64,000 bases of DNA from an uncultured candidate division Zixibacteria bacterium (GCA_963806185.1 CAWDXE010000006.1:160001-224000); one strand, 5' to 3'. Shown: positions 42,075 to 52,430, counted from the first letter of the stretch. The notes: generated from the letters alone by a model not told the origin. Numbers and translations: made by a program.

Positions 42075-42965
42075 ATGAAGCACTTCATAGCAGTTGTCGG
42101 TCTACTGGTCGCCGCGGCTTTGCCGCTTCAGGCGAAGGTAACGGCGGTAGCCTCGAGTTCCGATCTGGCATCGATTGTGGCTGAGATCGGCGGGGACAAG
42201 GTCGAGGTATCGTCGATTGGTCAGGGGAAATCCAATCTGCACTTTGTGGAGATGTTGCCGAGCTACATGCTCAAGGCGTCAAAGGCCAACGTCTATTTCA
42301 AGATCGGCCTGTCGATGGATCAATGGGCGGGCGGCATCATTGACGGCGCGCGCAACGACAAACTGGTGGTGGTCGATTGTTCGACCAACATACCGGTTCT
42401 GGAGAAACCGACCGGCAAGGTAGATGCGTCGATGGGCGACGTGCATCCGGACGGCAACCCGCACTACTGGCTCGATCCGAGAAACGGGAAGGTGATCGCA
42501 CAAAATGTGCTGGAGGGGCTGTCCAAGGCTGATCCCTCCAATGCGGCGCAGTACAAGGCGAATTATGATTCATTCACGGCACGGCTCGACTCAGCCTGGC
42601 AGGTCTGGTCGGGCAGAGCGGCAACGTTGAAGGGGATGCAGATTGTCAGTTACCACAGCACGTTTGTCTATTTCGCCAATGCGTTTGGGATTGACGTGAT
42701 CGGGTATGTGGAGCCGAAGCCGGGAATCGAGCCGACGCCGTCGCATACGTCGGAACTGATCGATATGATGAAACAGCGCAACGTGAAAGTGATTTTCCGC
42801 GAGCCGTACTACTCGGAGCGGGCGCCCAACGCGATAGCGAAAGAGACGGGAGCGACCGTATGTACGGCGCCGTCGTCGGTGGGTGGCACGGAAACCGCGA
42901 AGGATTACTTTTCACTGTTTGACACCCTAATCGGCCTTTTGATGAATGCGAGTGGCAAGTCATGA
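42075..42965 (+). CDS. Metal ABC transporter substrate-binding protein (ZnuA/TroA family)
   Basis: Motifs GDVHPDGNPHYWLDP, YHSTFVYF and EPKPGIEPTPSH. Confidence 0.9.
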   Translation: MKHFIAVVGLLVAAALPLQAKVTAVASSSDLASIVAEIGGDKVEVSSIGQGKSNLHFVEMLPSYMLKASKANVYFKIGLSMDQWAGGIIDGARNDKLVVVDCSTNIPVLEKPTGKVDASMGDVHPDGNPHYWLDPRNGKVIAQNVLEGLSKADPSNAAQYKANYDSFTARLDSAWQVWSGRAATLKGMQIVSYHSTFVYFANAFGIDVIGYVEPKPGIEPTPSHTSELIDMMKQRNVKVIFREPYYSERAPNAIAKETGATVCTAPSSVGGTETAKDYFSLFDTLIGLLMNASGKS

Positions 42966-43789
42966 TGGAATTACTGCAGCAGCCGTTTGTCCAGATCGGG
43001 ATCATGGTCAGTCTGATATTGGCGGGGATCCATGCTTATCTCGGTTTTCACGTTGTCAGTCGGGGAGTGATCTTTGTCGATCTCTCCCTTGCCCAGGCGG
43101 CGGCGTTTGGGTATGTGGTGGCGATTTTCGCCGGAGTGGGCGAGCATTCGGTGGCCGCTTACTTCATTTCGCTGACCTTTACGATGATCGGGGCGTTTTT
43201 GGTCTCGGTGAGCCGGACCAAGGACGACCGGATACCGCACGAGGCATTTATCGGCATCATTTACGCCGGGTTTGCGGCGCTGGCAATCCTGTTTCTGGCG
43301 CACCGTGCTGAGGGAATGGAGGTGGTACAGGAGATCACCAACGGTTCGATTCTGACCTGCACCTGGGGGGAGCTGCTGACGATAGCCTCGCTCTATACCG
43401 GAGTGGGGTTGTTTCATTATATCTTTCGGAAGAAGTTCTTCCTCATCTCGGAAAACCGGAAGAATGCGGCGGCAAGCGGTGTGCGCACGACGCTCTGGGA
43501 TTTCCTGTTTTACGCCACATTTGGGGTGGTGGTGACTTCGTCGGTGCATATCGCCGGGGTCCTGCTCGTCTTTTCGATTCTCGTGATTCCGCCGGTGATA
43601 GCGCTCCTGTTTACCCCGTCGAAGGGGAAGCGGTTGGCGATCGGGTGGTCGATAGCGGCGGTTGGGTCGGTGGTGGGAATTTTGCTATCGCTCACCTACG
43701 ATTTGCCGACCGGACCCAGTATAATGGTGGCTCTCATCGGGTTGCTGCTCCTGGCCGGGGTGGGAAATAAGATAGTTGTCCGTGTATAG
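42962..43789 (+). CDS. Metal ABC transporter permease (ZnuB/ABC-3 family)
   Basis: Multi-TM; GFHVVSRGVIFVDLSLAQ, GVLLVFSILVIP and YDLPTGPSI. ATGA overlap with the previous gene. Confidence 0.9.
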   Translation: MMELLQQPFVQIGIMVSLILAGIHAYLGFHVVSRGVIFVDLSLAQAAAFGYVVAIFAGVGEHSVAAYFISLTFTMIGAFLVSVSRTKDDRIPHEAFIGIIYAGFAALAILFLAHRAEGMEVVQEITNGSILTCTWGELLTIASLYTGVGLFHYIFRKKFFLISENRKNAAASGVRTTLWDFLFYATFGVVVTSSVHIAGVLLVFSILVIPPVIALLFTPSKGKRLAIGWSIAAVGSVVGILLSLTYDLPTGPSIMVALIGLLLLAGVGNKIVVRV

Positions 43790-43854
43790 GCACCTTGCCT
43801 TCGGGTCGGCGTTACATATATTCCCAGTCCGACCATAAGGAGATTACTAATATC

Positions 43855-45043
43855 ATGAGCGCGCTACAGTTGGCTGATAATGTCTGGTGGGTCGGGGTCA
43901 AGGACCCCGGGCTGCGGACATTTGACATTTACATGGAAACCAAACACGGCACCACCTACAACGCCTACCTCGTCAAGGGGTCGCAGGGGGTGGCGCTGAT
44001 CGACACGGTGAAGAAGGAGTTTTCCGACGAGTACTTTGCCACTATCGAGTCACTGGTCGGGTACGACAAGATTACCCACCTGATTATCAACCATACCGAG
44101 CCGGACCACAGCGGCGCCATCACGGCACTTCTGGAGAAGAATCCAAATATCAAGCTGGTCTGCGCTCCGCCGGCGATGCCGTTCGTGAAGGCGGTCATCA
44201 ACAAGGACCTGCCGCTGACGGCGGTGAAGGACAACGAGACGATCGATTTGGGCGGCAAGAAACTGATCTTCAAGAACACGCCGTACATGCACTGGCCCGA
44301 CACGATGATGGAATTTCTTGAGGAAGATGGGATCCTGTTTTCGTGCGACGGTTTTGCGGCACACGTGGCGGACAAGTCGCTATGGGCCGACGAGGTGAAG
44401 GCGGACCTGAAGTTTGAATTCAAGCATTATTTTGACGCGATCATGCGGCCGTTCACCGGTTACATCCGGCGCGACCTGCCAAAGCTCGACGGACTGGATA
44501 TCAGGATGATCGCGACCTCGCACGGGCCGATTCACCGGAAGAACTGCCGCGAGGTGATCAAGCAGTATGCTGACTGGTGTGTCGACAAAACGGAAGCGGC
44601 CAACCAGGTGACGATTTTTTATGCCTCCAACTACGGCAACACCAAAAAGCTGGCCGAGCTGGTGTCGGGCGAATTGCAGAAGGCCGGGTTTCACGGTCGC
44701 TTTGGTTGATGCCGAGGTAGCACAGCCCGATCATGTCAAGGACCTGATTGAAATCAGCAAAGGGGTGCTGTTTGCCACGCCGACCTTCAATGGCGACGCG
44801 GTCAAACCGATCTGGGACGTGGTCAGCATGATTTCCACGGTCTACTCACTCGGCAAGAAATCGGCGGTGTTTGGCTCGTACGGTTGGGGAGGCGAGGGGA
44901 TCAAACTGGTCGCGGACCGTCTGGCCGGCCTCAAGATGAAAGTCCTCGAGGAGCAGTACCGGGCGCGGCTGATACCATCGGATACCGAGCTGGCCGAGGT
45001 GGTCGAATACGGCAAACGAGTGGCGGCATTTATCAAAGGGTAG
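43855..45043 (+). CDS. fprA: Flavodiiron protein FprA (frameshift ~44690)
   Basis: Motifs GTTYNAYL, NHTEPDHSG, HWPDTM and SHGP. The flavodoxin domain YASNYGNT continues in the other frame to FGSYGWGGEG. Confidence 0.88.
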
Positions 45044-45066
45044 ACACCCGCACGAATGAGCAACGG

Positions 45067-45101
45067 GGCCGGCGGACCAAAGGGTTCGCCGGCTTTTCTT
45101 T
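45067..45101 (+). terminator. Rho-independent terminator
   Basis: GGCCGGCGGACC-AAAG-GGTTCGCCGGCT followed by TTTCTTT. Confidence 0.75.
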
Positions 45102-45155
45102 ATCGTCTCGCGAAATGCGCTTGAGTCCGACGATTGTGTGAGTGTATCATGGGGC

Positions 45156-45812
45156 ATGTCGTACCGCTCGAAACTAATCATCACCATTCTCTTCGCGATC
45201 GCCATGGCCTATTTCGAGGCAGCGGTGGTCGTCTATCTGCGGGCGCTCTTCTATCCCGAAGGGTTCTCTGTCATTGTCAAGAATCTGCCTGCTCCGTATG
45301 TGAAGGTCGAGCTGTGGCGGGAAGCCGTGACAATTATTATGCTATTCCTGGTGGCATGGCTGGCGGGACGGCGGGGGTGGGAGCGATTTGGGTATTTCGC
45401 CATTTTGTTCGGCGTCTGGGATATTTTCTACTATGTCTGGCTAAATGTGGCGATAGGGTGGCCGTCGACTCTGACGGACTGGGACATTCTCTTCCTGCTT
45501 CCGGTGCCGTGGGTGGGGCCGGTGATCGCGCCGGTGGCGGTGTCGATACTGCTGATTATTACCGGGATTGTGTTTACTCGTCGGTTTGCGCGCGAACGGC
45601 GGATTCATCCGCCGCTGGCGACCTGGATTATGGCGCTCGTGGCGACGGGGGTCATACTCTACTCGTTCATGCGCGACGCGGGAAGGGTGACACACGGGCA
45701 AATGCCGGAGCCGTACGCATTCTGGGCCTTGGGGCTGGGGTTGCTGCTCTATATATGGGCGCTGGTGTTGGCGGTGCGGAAGCATGATGGCCGGTCGGGG
45801 TGGCGGGGGTAG
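45156..45812 (+). CDS. Conserved hypothetical integral membrane protein
   Basis: Multi-TM; EAAVVVYLR, WDIFYYVWL and WDILFLLPVPWVGPV. Confidence 0.75.
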   Translation: MSYRSKLIITILFAIAMAYFEAAVVVYLRALFYPEGFSVIVKNLPAPYVKVELWREAVTIIMLFLVAWLAGRRGWERFGYFAILFGVWDIFYYVWLNVAIGWPSTLTDWDILFLLPVPWVGPVIAPVAVSILLIITGIVFTRRFARERRIHPPLATWIMALVATGVILYSFMRDAGRVTHGQMPEPYAFWALGLGLLLYIWALVLAVRKHDGRSGWRG

Positions 45813-46057
45813 TCCTGTGGCCCGCCCATCGGGTGGGGTACGGTGTCCGCGCCGGAAAGACAATTCAAAAATCTCTATCCTGTTTTGGCACAAGGTAATC
45901 GCGAAGACGCGCGATGCATTGGGGCCTCAAACTAGCACATCCACTGACAGATTCTGTCAGTGATCGACCGGACTATCCACAAAATATCTCTTGACAAAGA
46001 CGTGGACTCGCATTAGGGATGTAGTTGTCATCGTCTTCGCGACGATGGGGAGGTTTC

Positions 46058-47134
46058 ATGACATCAAAGTGGCGAAAGCTATCACGGGCCGCGATCCCGC
46101 TCTGTTGGGTGGCGGTTGCCGTTTGGTTGGCGGGGTGTGATGATGATTTCGTCGTGCCTCCAGTGGGGCCGGAACCGGCTCACTTGTACTTCTTTGAAGG
46201 GAGCTACAACGATCAGATATTTCTGTTTGACCCGGTCGCCCTCAGTCTCGACTCGTTCATCCTTCCCGTGCTGGCACGCTGGGATATACGTGTGTCTCCC
46301 GATGAAAAGACACTCTACGTACCAAACGACGAGGGTCTGCATGTCATCGATCTTGCATCACGTCAAATGACGCAGACGCTCCCGTTTCTCGGATTCTGGC
46401 GGGTTGCTGTTTCGCCCGACGGTGCCTTTCTGGCCGTATTGGGCGACAGCCTGTTAGTCGTGCGAACCAGTGATTACTCGATCATTTACTCTGACACCAA
46501 TTCGGCCGTCTGGTGGGACCAGGGTCGGTTCAGCAGGGACAGCAAGCACTTTTTCTGCGCGAAGTTGTATTACTCACCTCCTGGACCACGGGCCTACGGT
46601 TCCGCTTTTCATTTGGACCTGAGGAAGAGGCCTTATCGCACCTCGGAGCGGGAACGCCCGGAAGGCGCCGTCCGCATGGTCGTGCCTTCGCCGCGCCTTG
46701 ATCGATGGCTGCTTATCATCGGCGGCGGCCGGTTTGCCGTGCTGGATACTCTGGGTGATTCGCTGATTTATGACGAAACGCTGCCGGGTCCGGCAGGTGC
46801 AGTGGTCGTGACTCCGGACGGCAGGAGAGTCGTCTATTCGTATCCCGGCAATCTCGGCTATCCGACTCAAGCGCATTCTTTCCGCATATATGATCTCTGT
46901 AGCAATCAGCGCGTAATGGAAGTTGAAACCTGGTTTGTCCGATCGGACAGCACGGTCGATTTCTTTCAACCATCATCTATCGTTTTCACCAGCGATGGAG
47001 ATCACATGTACTGCACCGGGTTCCTGAACGAGACAGGCTTTCTCATATTCGATGCGCGGACATTCGAGCAGGTATCGCAATTCGATTTCACACCGCGCCA
47101 GGCGGGATCACTTACTACCGTCGGCGTGCAATAA
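46058..47134 (+). CDS. Beta-propeller (YncE-like) lipoprotein
   Basis: GGAGG RBS, lipobox LAGC and repeated SPD/TPDG blade motifs. Confidence 0.7.
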   Translation: MTSKWRKLSRAAIPLCWVAVAVWLAGCDDDFVVPPVGPEPAHLYFFEGSYNDQIFLFDPVALSLDSFILPVLARWDIRVSPDEKTLYVPNDEGLHVIDLASRQMTQTLPFLGFWRVAVSPDGAFLAVLGDSLLVVRTSDYSIIYSDTNSAVWWDQGRFSRDSKHFFCAKLYYSPPGPRAYGSAFHLDLRKRPYRTSERERPEGAVRMVVPSPRLDRWLLIIGGGRFAVLDTLGDSLIYDETLPGPAGAVVVTPDGRRVVYSYPGNLGYPTQAHSFRIYDLCSNQRVMEVETWFVRSDSTVDFFQPSSIVFTSDGDHMYCTGFLNETGFLIFDARTFEQVSQFDFTPRQAGSLTTVGVQ

Positions 47135-47151
47135 GTAACTGGGAGGGGATT

Positions 47152-49026
47152 ATGCGTTGTTATCACTCATTCTTTATCACGAGTTTCGTGATTATAGGTC
47201 TTGTGTCAAGCGCTATTGGTGACGATCCGTACTACATCTATGATGGCAGACAGATTCCTGTAAGCGTCGACACGACCAAGATGGTACTGGCTCTACGAGA
47301 AGGAGAAGTGGTCAATGTCGGCAGCTTCATTGGCGGGCTAAGCCGAGTGAGGTCGTACGTGGCTCGTCATAACGGGTATGAGGAACTTTACATTTGTTCT
47401 CTAACGGTGTCGCATGATTACTTCCAGTACCTGGACACCGTACGCGCTGTCACTGCCGTCAGGTACGCGGGCCCTTTGTACAAAGATGGTAGCGGAAAGG
47501 ACCTGTTCGCAACTGACCTGATCTGCGCCGGATTCGATCCGACTCTTGACTCGATGACTATAGACTCCATTCTGCAACACAACGGAGTCGAAGCCGTCGC
47601 CGAGATAATGCATAACGCATGGTCAGCACGGAATGTGCAGCCCGGCGTGCGTGGCACTCTCGCGACGGCGAACGCACTTGCCGCTGAGCCGGGTGTAGAA
47701 TTTGCCGAGCCGGATTTTATGGGCAGCGTGGAAGTGTTTTCATACAAAGCGTACGATTACTTTCATCCGCGAAACCTACAAATAAAGGAAGTCATAGGCG
47801 AGTTCAACGAAAGAAGCGTGTGGGATTTTGCGCGCGTTGATCGACCCTGCACTGTCGCCATTCTGGATGACGGATTAATAAGCCATGAGGATATGCCTGA
47901 TTCGCGCCTCGTTCAAGGCAAAGACTGTTTTGGCTCCAGACTTACGTACCCATGGGCGCTTACAGCGCATGGGATGGGTTGCGCTGGAATCATCGGAGCA
48001 TCACACACGACCGATAGTACTCAAGGGTATTACAGCAACTCTGGGGTGATTTCCATGAACCCGCACAGCCTTCTGATGCCGATTCGCATGATCGACAGTC
48101 TTGGCGTAGCTGTGGTTCATTCTTTGGAAGCAGAGGGTATTCGGTATGCCTGGACACATGGAGCCGACATTTTGAACTGCTCTTGGGGTAATCCTAGACT
48201 GGGGGCCGGTAGTACCATAGTGGATTTGGCGCTTGATTCGGCATATACCTATGGCCGCAACGGTAGGGGATGCCTGATAATTGCCTCGACAGGTAACGAC
48301 GCCGATTGGCAACAGTTATGGTACGATTCGGTGTGGGTAAGCTGGCCGGCCCGCCTTGAATGCTGCTTTGCTGTTGGCGCTGTGGAACTACGAGATGTCC
48401 CCACTGGACAGTTCGCCTCCTTTAGCCAGTTTGGTCCTGAATTGGACATGGTTGCACCGGCAAGTGGCCCGGGTTTCATCAACGGGTATATGTGGACATT
48501 GGATCAAATGGGGTCATATGGCTATAATCCTGATGGCGTTATTGGACTGATTGGTTTATGGGATTGCCCTCCTACAGCGCCAAACAACCAGAATTACGAT
48601 TGCCATTTCGGGGGCACATCCGCCGCCGCTCCTGTCGTCTCCGGTGCCGCTTCGCTCGTCCTCGCATATAATGACACTCTGACGGCATCAACAGTCTACG
48701 ATATTCTTCGACACTCCGCCGTCCCAGTTGTTGGTTCTGTTCCGAGTGACACGTTTGGCTGGGGAGAGGTCGACGCCTTCCGGGCTGTCTTATCACTCGC
48801 GCGCGGCGATGCCGACAACAACGGGTCCGTTGACATCACCGACCTCACCCGTTTGATAGACTACTGGTTTATCTCTTTCGAGCCGCCGTTCCCAACTCCG
48901 CTTCTTGGGGACTGCAACTGCGACGGGCAGGTTGAGGCCTCTGGGGACCTTACGTATATGGTGAATTTCCTGTTTCTCGAAGGACCGCCGCCGGTGATTC
49001 CGTGTTTCCACTTCGAGGTACCATGA
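47152..49026 (+). CDS. S8 subtilase with a C-terminal dockerin
   Basis: Catalytic triad AILDDG / HGMGCAG / GTSAAAP; dockerin RGDADNNGSVDITDL...GDCNCDGQVEASGDL. Confidence 0.9.
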   Translation: MRCYHSFFITSFVIIGLVSSAIGDDPYYIYDGRQIPVSVDTTKMVLALREGEVVNVGSFIGGLSRVRSYVARHNGYEELYICSLTVSHDYFQYLDTVRAVTAVRYAGPLYKDGSGKDLFATDLICAGFDPTLDSMTIDSILQHNGVEAVAEIMHNAWSARNVQPGVRGTLATANALAAEPGVEFAEPDFMGSVEVFSYKAYDYFHPRNLQIKEVIGEFNERSVWDFARVDRPCTVAILDDGLISHEDMPDSRLVQGKDCFGSRLTYPWALTAHGMGCAGIIGASHTTDSTQGYYSNSGVISMNPHSLLMPIRMIDSLGVAVVHSLEAEGIRYAWTHGADILNCSWGNPRLGAGSTIVDLALDSAYTYGRNGRGCLIIASTGNDADWQQLWYDSVWVSWPARLECCFAVGAVELRDVPTGQFASFSQFGPELDMVAPASGPGFINGYMWTLDQMGSYGYNPDGVIGLIGLWDCPPTAPNNQNYDCHFGGTSAAAPVVSGAASLVLAYNDTLTASTVYDILRHSAVPVVGSVPSDTFGWGEVDAFRAVLSLARGDADNNGSVDITDLTRLIDYWFISFEPPFPTPLLGDCNCDGQVEASGDLTYMVNFLFLEGPPPVIPCFHFEVP

Positions 49027-49091
49027 GCCGACACGGGCGTGCCACATATGACAAACGGCAATCGTCATCAACGGGAAGGAGAGAACTTAAG

Positions 49092-49352
49092 GATCGCCAC
49101 GGCTCGCTCAGAAGCGAGCCTCGCGATGACTTCTCGGGCGGATTCTATCTGTATTCGCATGTCCCGGTGCTCACTCTTGCTCCCTCTCCCGCCGGGAGAG
49201 GGTTGGGGTGAGGGCCGGTGAGGGAGCGTCGGGCCACACAACGATACGAATTGTCGCAGGACCCGACGCAACAGGCAAGCTGCCCTGCTGGGTCGAAACC
49301 AGAAGGGTTCCGACCTACAAGATGTGCCGTCAGGCACGGGGGCCTGACGGCA
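49092..49352. repeat. Mosaic of REP-like palindromes between convergent genes
   Basis: GCTCGCT-CAGA-AGCGAGC, CCCTCTCCC-GCC-GGGAGAGGG, a GTAG-type element at 49291-49318 and TGTGCCGTCAGGC...GCCTGACGGCACA. Confidence 0.7.
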
Positions 49353-49362
49353 CATCTCCAAG

Positions 49363-50487
49363 TCAAGTATTCGCCGCCTTCTTCAGGCCCGGGGCCATGG
49401 CTTCCTTAAAGGGCTCCAGCGCTTTCGATACGTATTCCGGATCCTCGCAATGGATACCCTGCTCGTACTCCATCCGATACGTGCAGAAAGGATTGTTGGC
49501 GCGACTGCCGGTAGCCGAAACCGACGTGGTCGCACAGCCACCGCGACAGAGCGGCAGATACTTGCAGTCGTAGCAGAATCCATCGGCCGTGTCGCGGGTG
49601 AACTTGCGATTGTAGGACGCAAAATTCGGGTCATTCCAGATTTCGGTGAATGAGCGTTTGCGGATGTTCCCCTCGACGAATTGTTCCGGCATCGACAAAC
49701 AGCCTTTCACGTCGCCGTTGGATTCAATCCCCGCCACACGCGTGCCGGCAAAGCAGCCGAAGGTCGGGTCGCCGTCGCGCAGTTCGTACCCTTTGCAGCC
49801 GTAAAAGCCGATGTTTTCGCCGACGTCGATGCCGATATGTTCGTCTTTTTTCAGTTCGAGCAGCTTGTCGATAAACTGCGGGAACTTGTCGATGGTCAGC
49901 ACGTAGTTGGCGACTTCCTTCATGCGGCCGGTAGCCGTGGTCATCTGGATGCGCCAGGTGGGGCACTTGATGGCCACGAGCAGGTCACGAATGGCATCGA
50001 GCTCGCCCAGGTTAATGTTGGAGATCTGAGTGACGGCGCAGAACTTCATGCCGCGCTCGGAGAACATTTTCATGGCGGCATAGGCGCGTTCGAATGAGTC
50101 AGGGCGCTGGCGGATGTAGTTATGCGTTTCGCGCGTACCGTCGAAGCTGATTCCGATCTGGTCAAACTTCACTTTCTGCATCTGGTCGACCACCTCGGGT
50201 GTGACGGCATAGCCGTTGGAGATAATGGCTGTCTTAATGCCTCGGCTCTTGGCATGAAGGGCCAGTTTTTGCCAGTCTTTGCGCAGCAGGGGTTCGCCGC
50301 CGGAAAGGGTAATGATTTCGGTGCCGAGACCGGCGAGTTCGTCGATCAGCTTCAGCGCCTCATCGGTGGTCAATTCATCGGGGCGGGCCTTGCCGGCCGA
50401 GGTGCCGCAGTGGATGCACCGCATGTTGCACGCGAACGTGGTTTCCCACACGACATAGTGCGGAAAGAACTTAAAATCAGTAGTCAT
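49363..50487 (-). CDS. Radical SAM/SPASM enzyme, PlpX-like splicease (tyramine excision at XYG)
   Basis: CNMRCIHC. Segments WRIQMTTATGR, GENIGFYG, GCFAGTRVAGIESNGDVKGCLSMP and NNPFCTYR match PlpX-type motifs as I recall them. Neighbouring precursors contain PLYG. Confidence 0.8.
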   Translation of the reverse strand: MTTDFKFFPHYVVWETTFACNMRCIHCGTSAGKARPDELTTDEALKLIDELAGLGTEIITLSGGEPLLRKDWQKLALHAKSRGIKTAIISNGYAVTPEVVDQMQKVKFDQIGISFDGTRETHNYIRQRPDSFERAYAAMKMFSERGMKFCAVTQISNINLGELDAIRDLLVAIKCPTWRIQMTTATGRMKEVANYVLTIDKFPQFIDKLLELKKDEHIGIDVGENIGFYGCKGYELRDGDPTFGCFAGTRVAGIESNGDVKGCLSMPEQFVEGNIRKRSFTEIWNDPNFASYNRKFTRDTADGFCYDCKYLPLCRGGCATTSVSATGSRANNPFCTYRMEYEQGIHCEDPEYVSKALEPFKEAMAPGLKKAANT

Positions 50488-50492
50488 AGGAG

Positions 50493-51833
50493 CTACTCCT
50501 TTGCGGCGGGCTGAGCCTGCCGGTATCGTGAAAGAGCAATCATTTCCAGCATTTCCGGGAGATTGTATTTCCAAGCCTCACAAACATCGGTGTTTAGTTC
50601 ATTCGCCCGTTCGCGGCGCGCGGGGCAACCGCCCATGCAGATGGGCAGGATGTTGCACCCGGTGCATTCCGAGATATCGAACGGGTTGAACTGGTACAAC
50701 GACAGAAAGTTCGGGTGATGGTAATCTATGTCGTGGCGAATATTGCCGGCGGTCTTCGACTTGTCGCCGATAAAATTGAAACAGCGATAGATGTCGCCGT
50801 CCTGGTCGAGCACGAAACCATTCTTGGTCTGCGCCATGCAGAAATGCGACATTGGCTGCGGCAGTTTTTCCACCTTTAAACCGTGCTGCAGCATGACGCG
50901 GAAGAAATTCGATTCGATCTTTGAGAAGTCGGAGAAGGTGTAACAGTCCTCGGCAATATTACTGCAGACCTCGGTGGCCGGGTCGAGGCAGCCGAAGTAG
51001 ACGTGGATGCGATCGCTGATTCCCGCGACCTTGAATTCGTTGAGCATCTCGACAATGGTATCCTCCGTGAAGGACCGATCAATATTGACGCGGACGCCAA
51101 TGCCGAGCCTGGTCGAGGCGTAGGCGATATTCTTGAGAATACGATCGAAGCTGGGCTTACCATTCTTGAGTGGACGTTTTACGTTGTGCAGGCGCGAAGG
51201 GCCGTCGACGGTCACCTGCACGGTCGCCACTTTGAGGGCCCGCAGTTTGTCGACCGTGGCTTCGTCGAGCAGGTAGCCGTTGGTGATCATGCTGGCGGTG
51301 TAGTCGAAGGTGTGCTCAGCCTGCAGGGCAAAGACGGCCTGGGTGAGGTACTCGATAGTATCCATGGCCAAAAGCGGTTCGCCGCCGTACCAGGAGATGC
51401 TGAGTCCTTTGCATTTGGCAATCCGTTGTTTGACGAAAGCGATCAGGGCGTCAGCCGTTTCGCGCGACATCTTCCCTTTCTTGTTCGTCTCATAACAGTA
51501 CGGGCAGGCCATATTACAGGCCATGGACGGCGCGACGACGAGGCCCAGGGCCTCCTCGGTTTCGCGGGCCATCAGATGCTGATCGTGCAGGGTGGCCAGC
51601 TCATCGAGGTCCTCGGGGCGCGTGAAACCGCCATAGTTCATCTGATTGAGAAGTTGTTCTTCCTCGGTTGTGAACACGGCGGCAGGACGGTCGGTGAGTT
51701 TATGGGCAACCAGCTGATAGGTCGCGAAGTTTTCCGGGTTCATGACCGCCAAGGCGCCGGAGCGAGCGTTGTAGGCCAAGTACATGCCGTCACGCCAGGG
51801 CACGATGACGTTGTAGCGAGAGAGCTTTTGCAT
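50493..51833 (-). CDS. Radical SAM/SPASM peptide maturase with an N-terminal RRE-like extension, probably forming Cys thioethers
   Basis: About 105 aa precede CNMACPYC; WYGGEP; SPASM cysteines CMAQ...YRC...CTGCNILPICMGGCP...C. Confidence 0.85.
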   Translation of the reverse strand: MQKLSRYNVIVPWRDGMYLAYNARSGALAVMNPENFATYQLVAHKLTDRPAAVFTTEEEQLLNQMNYGGFTRPEDLDELATLHDQHLMARETEEALGLVVAPSMACNMACPYCYETNKKGKMSRETADALIAFVKQRIAKCKGLSISWYGGEPLLAMDTIEYLTQAVFALQAEHTFDYTASMITNGYLLDEATVDKLRALKVATVQVTVDGPSRLHNVKRPLKNGKPSFDRILKNIAYASTRLGIGVRVNIDRSFTEDTIVEMLNEFKVAGISDRIHVYFGCLDPATEVCSNIAEDCYTFSDFSKIESNFFRVMLQHGLKVEKLPQPMSHFCMAQTKNGFVLDQDGDIYRCFNFIGDKSKTAGNIRHDIDYHHPNFLSLYQFNPFDISECTGCNILPICMGGCPARRERANELNTDVCEAWKYNLPEMLEMIALSRYRQAQPAAKE

Positions 51834-52061
51834 CGTCTGTAGTGGTCCCTTTTGTTATCTATTGGCGCCCAACGGTGAGCAGGTACCCGGTCTCGTCGTT
51901 GTCGCCTGATTAATTAACAGTCACCAGCAGGACTTCGCCCCACTTGGTGCATGGCCACCCGGAGAAGAAAGGCGAAATTGGGGGAGGCTACTGTCGTCGA
52001 TTGAACGACGAACGGGAACCTCCCTTTCCTGTTTGTGCCAGGTCAAATCGTTGTTACGCGA

Positions 52062-52187
52062 TTAGACCTCGACGCCGTAGAGCGGCACGCCATAGAGCGG
52101 CTTAATTCCGCACTTGCTAGGGCAGAGGAACTTGAGCGTGCAGACGCTCGGGCCCTGAACAACGGACGGATCAATGATGAATACCAT
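52062..52187 (-). CDS. RiPP precursor A1: MVFIIDPSVVQGPSVCTLKFLCPSKCGIKPLYGVPLYGVEV (41 aa)
   Basis: Translated by hand; AGGGAGG RBS; homologous to A2; upstream of two rSAM genes. Confidence 0.9.
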   Translation of the reverse strand: MVFIIDPSVVQGPSVCTLKFLCPSKCGIKPLYGVPLYGVEV

Positions 52188-52401
52188 CAAGGACCTCCCT
52201 TGGTTTTAGGGTGTAGCACATTGCAGAACAATCCCGTCGGAGAATCCGACAGGATATTTGGTAGTTAACATCACGGTCCTCTATTCTTTGCGCACACCCG
52301 AACGACAGGGCGCAGGAATTCGCAAAGTGAGGTAGGATCCGTGTGCTCATATATTTTGGTTAGGGAGGGCCTGAGCCCCCTCATGCTCCAGTATTTGTCT
52401 C

Positions 52402-52430
52402 AAAATGTCGACATGTCACCGAATTGTCAA
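52402..52430 (-). promoter_or_regulatory. Putative promoter of precursor A1
   Basis: TTGACA-17 nt-CATTTT. Confidence 0.55.

Noticed and set aside
44685..44695. Programmed frameshifting in fprA and the other split genes
   Set aside because: No slippery heptamer or stimulatory structure; the pattern across unrelated genes fits sequencing indels.
51913..51952. Mini-ORF MHQVGRSPAGDC between A1 and the rSAM
   Set aside because: No RBS and no similarity to A1/A2.
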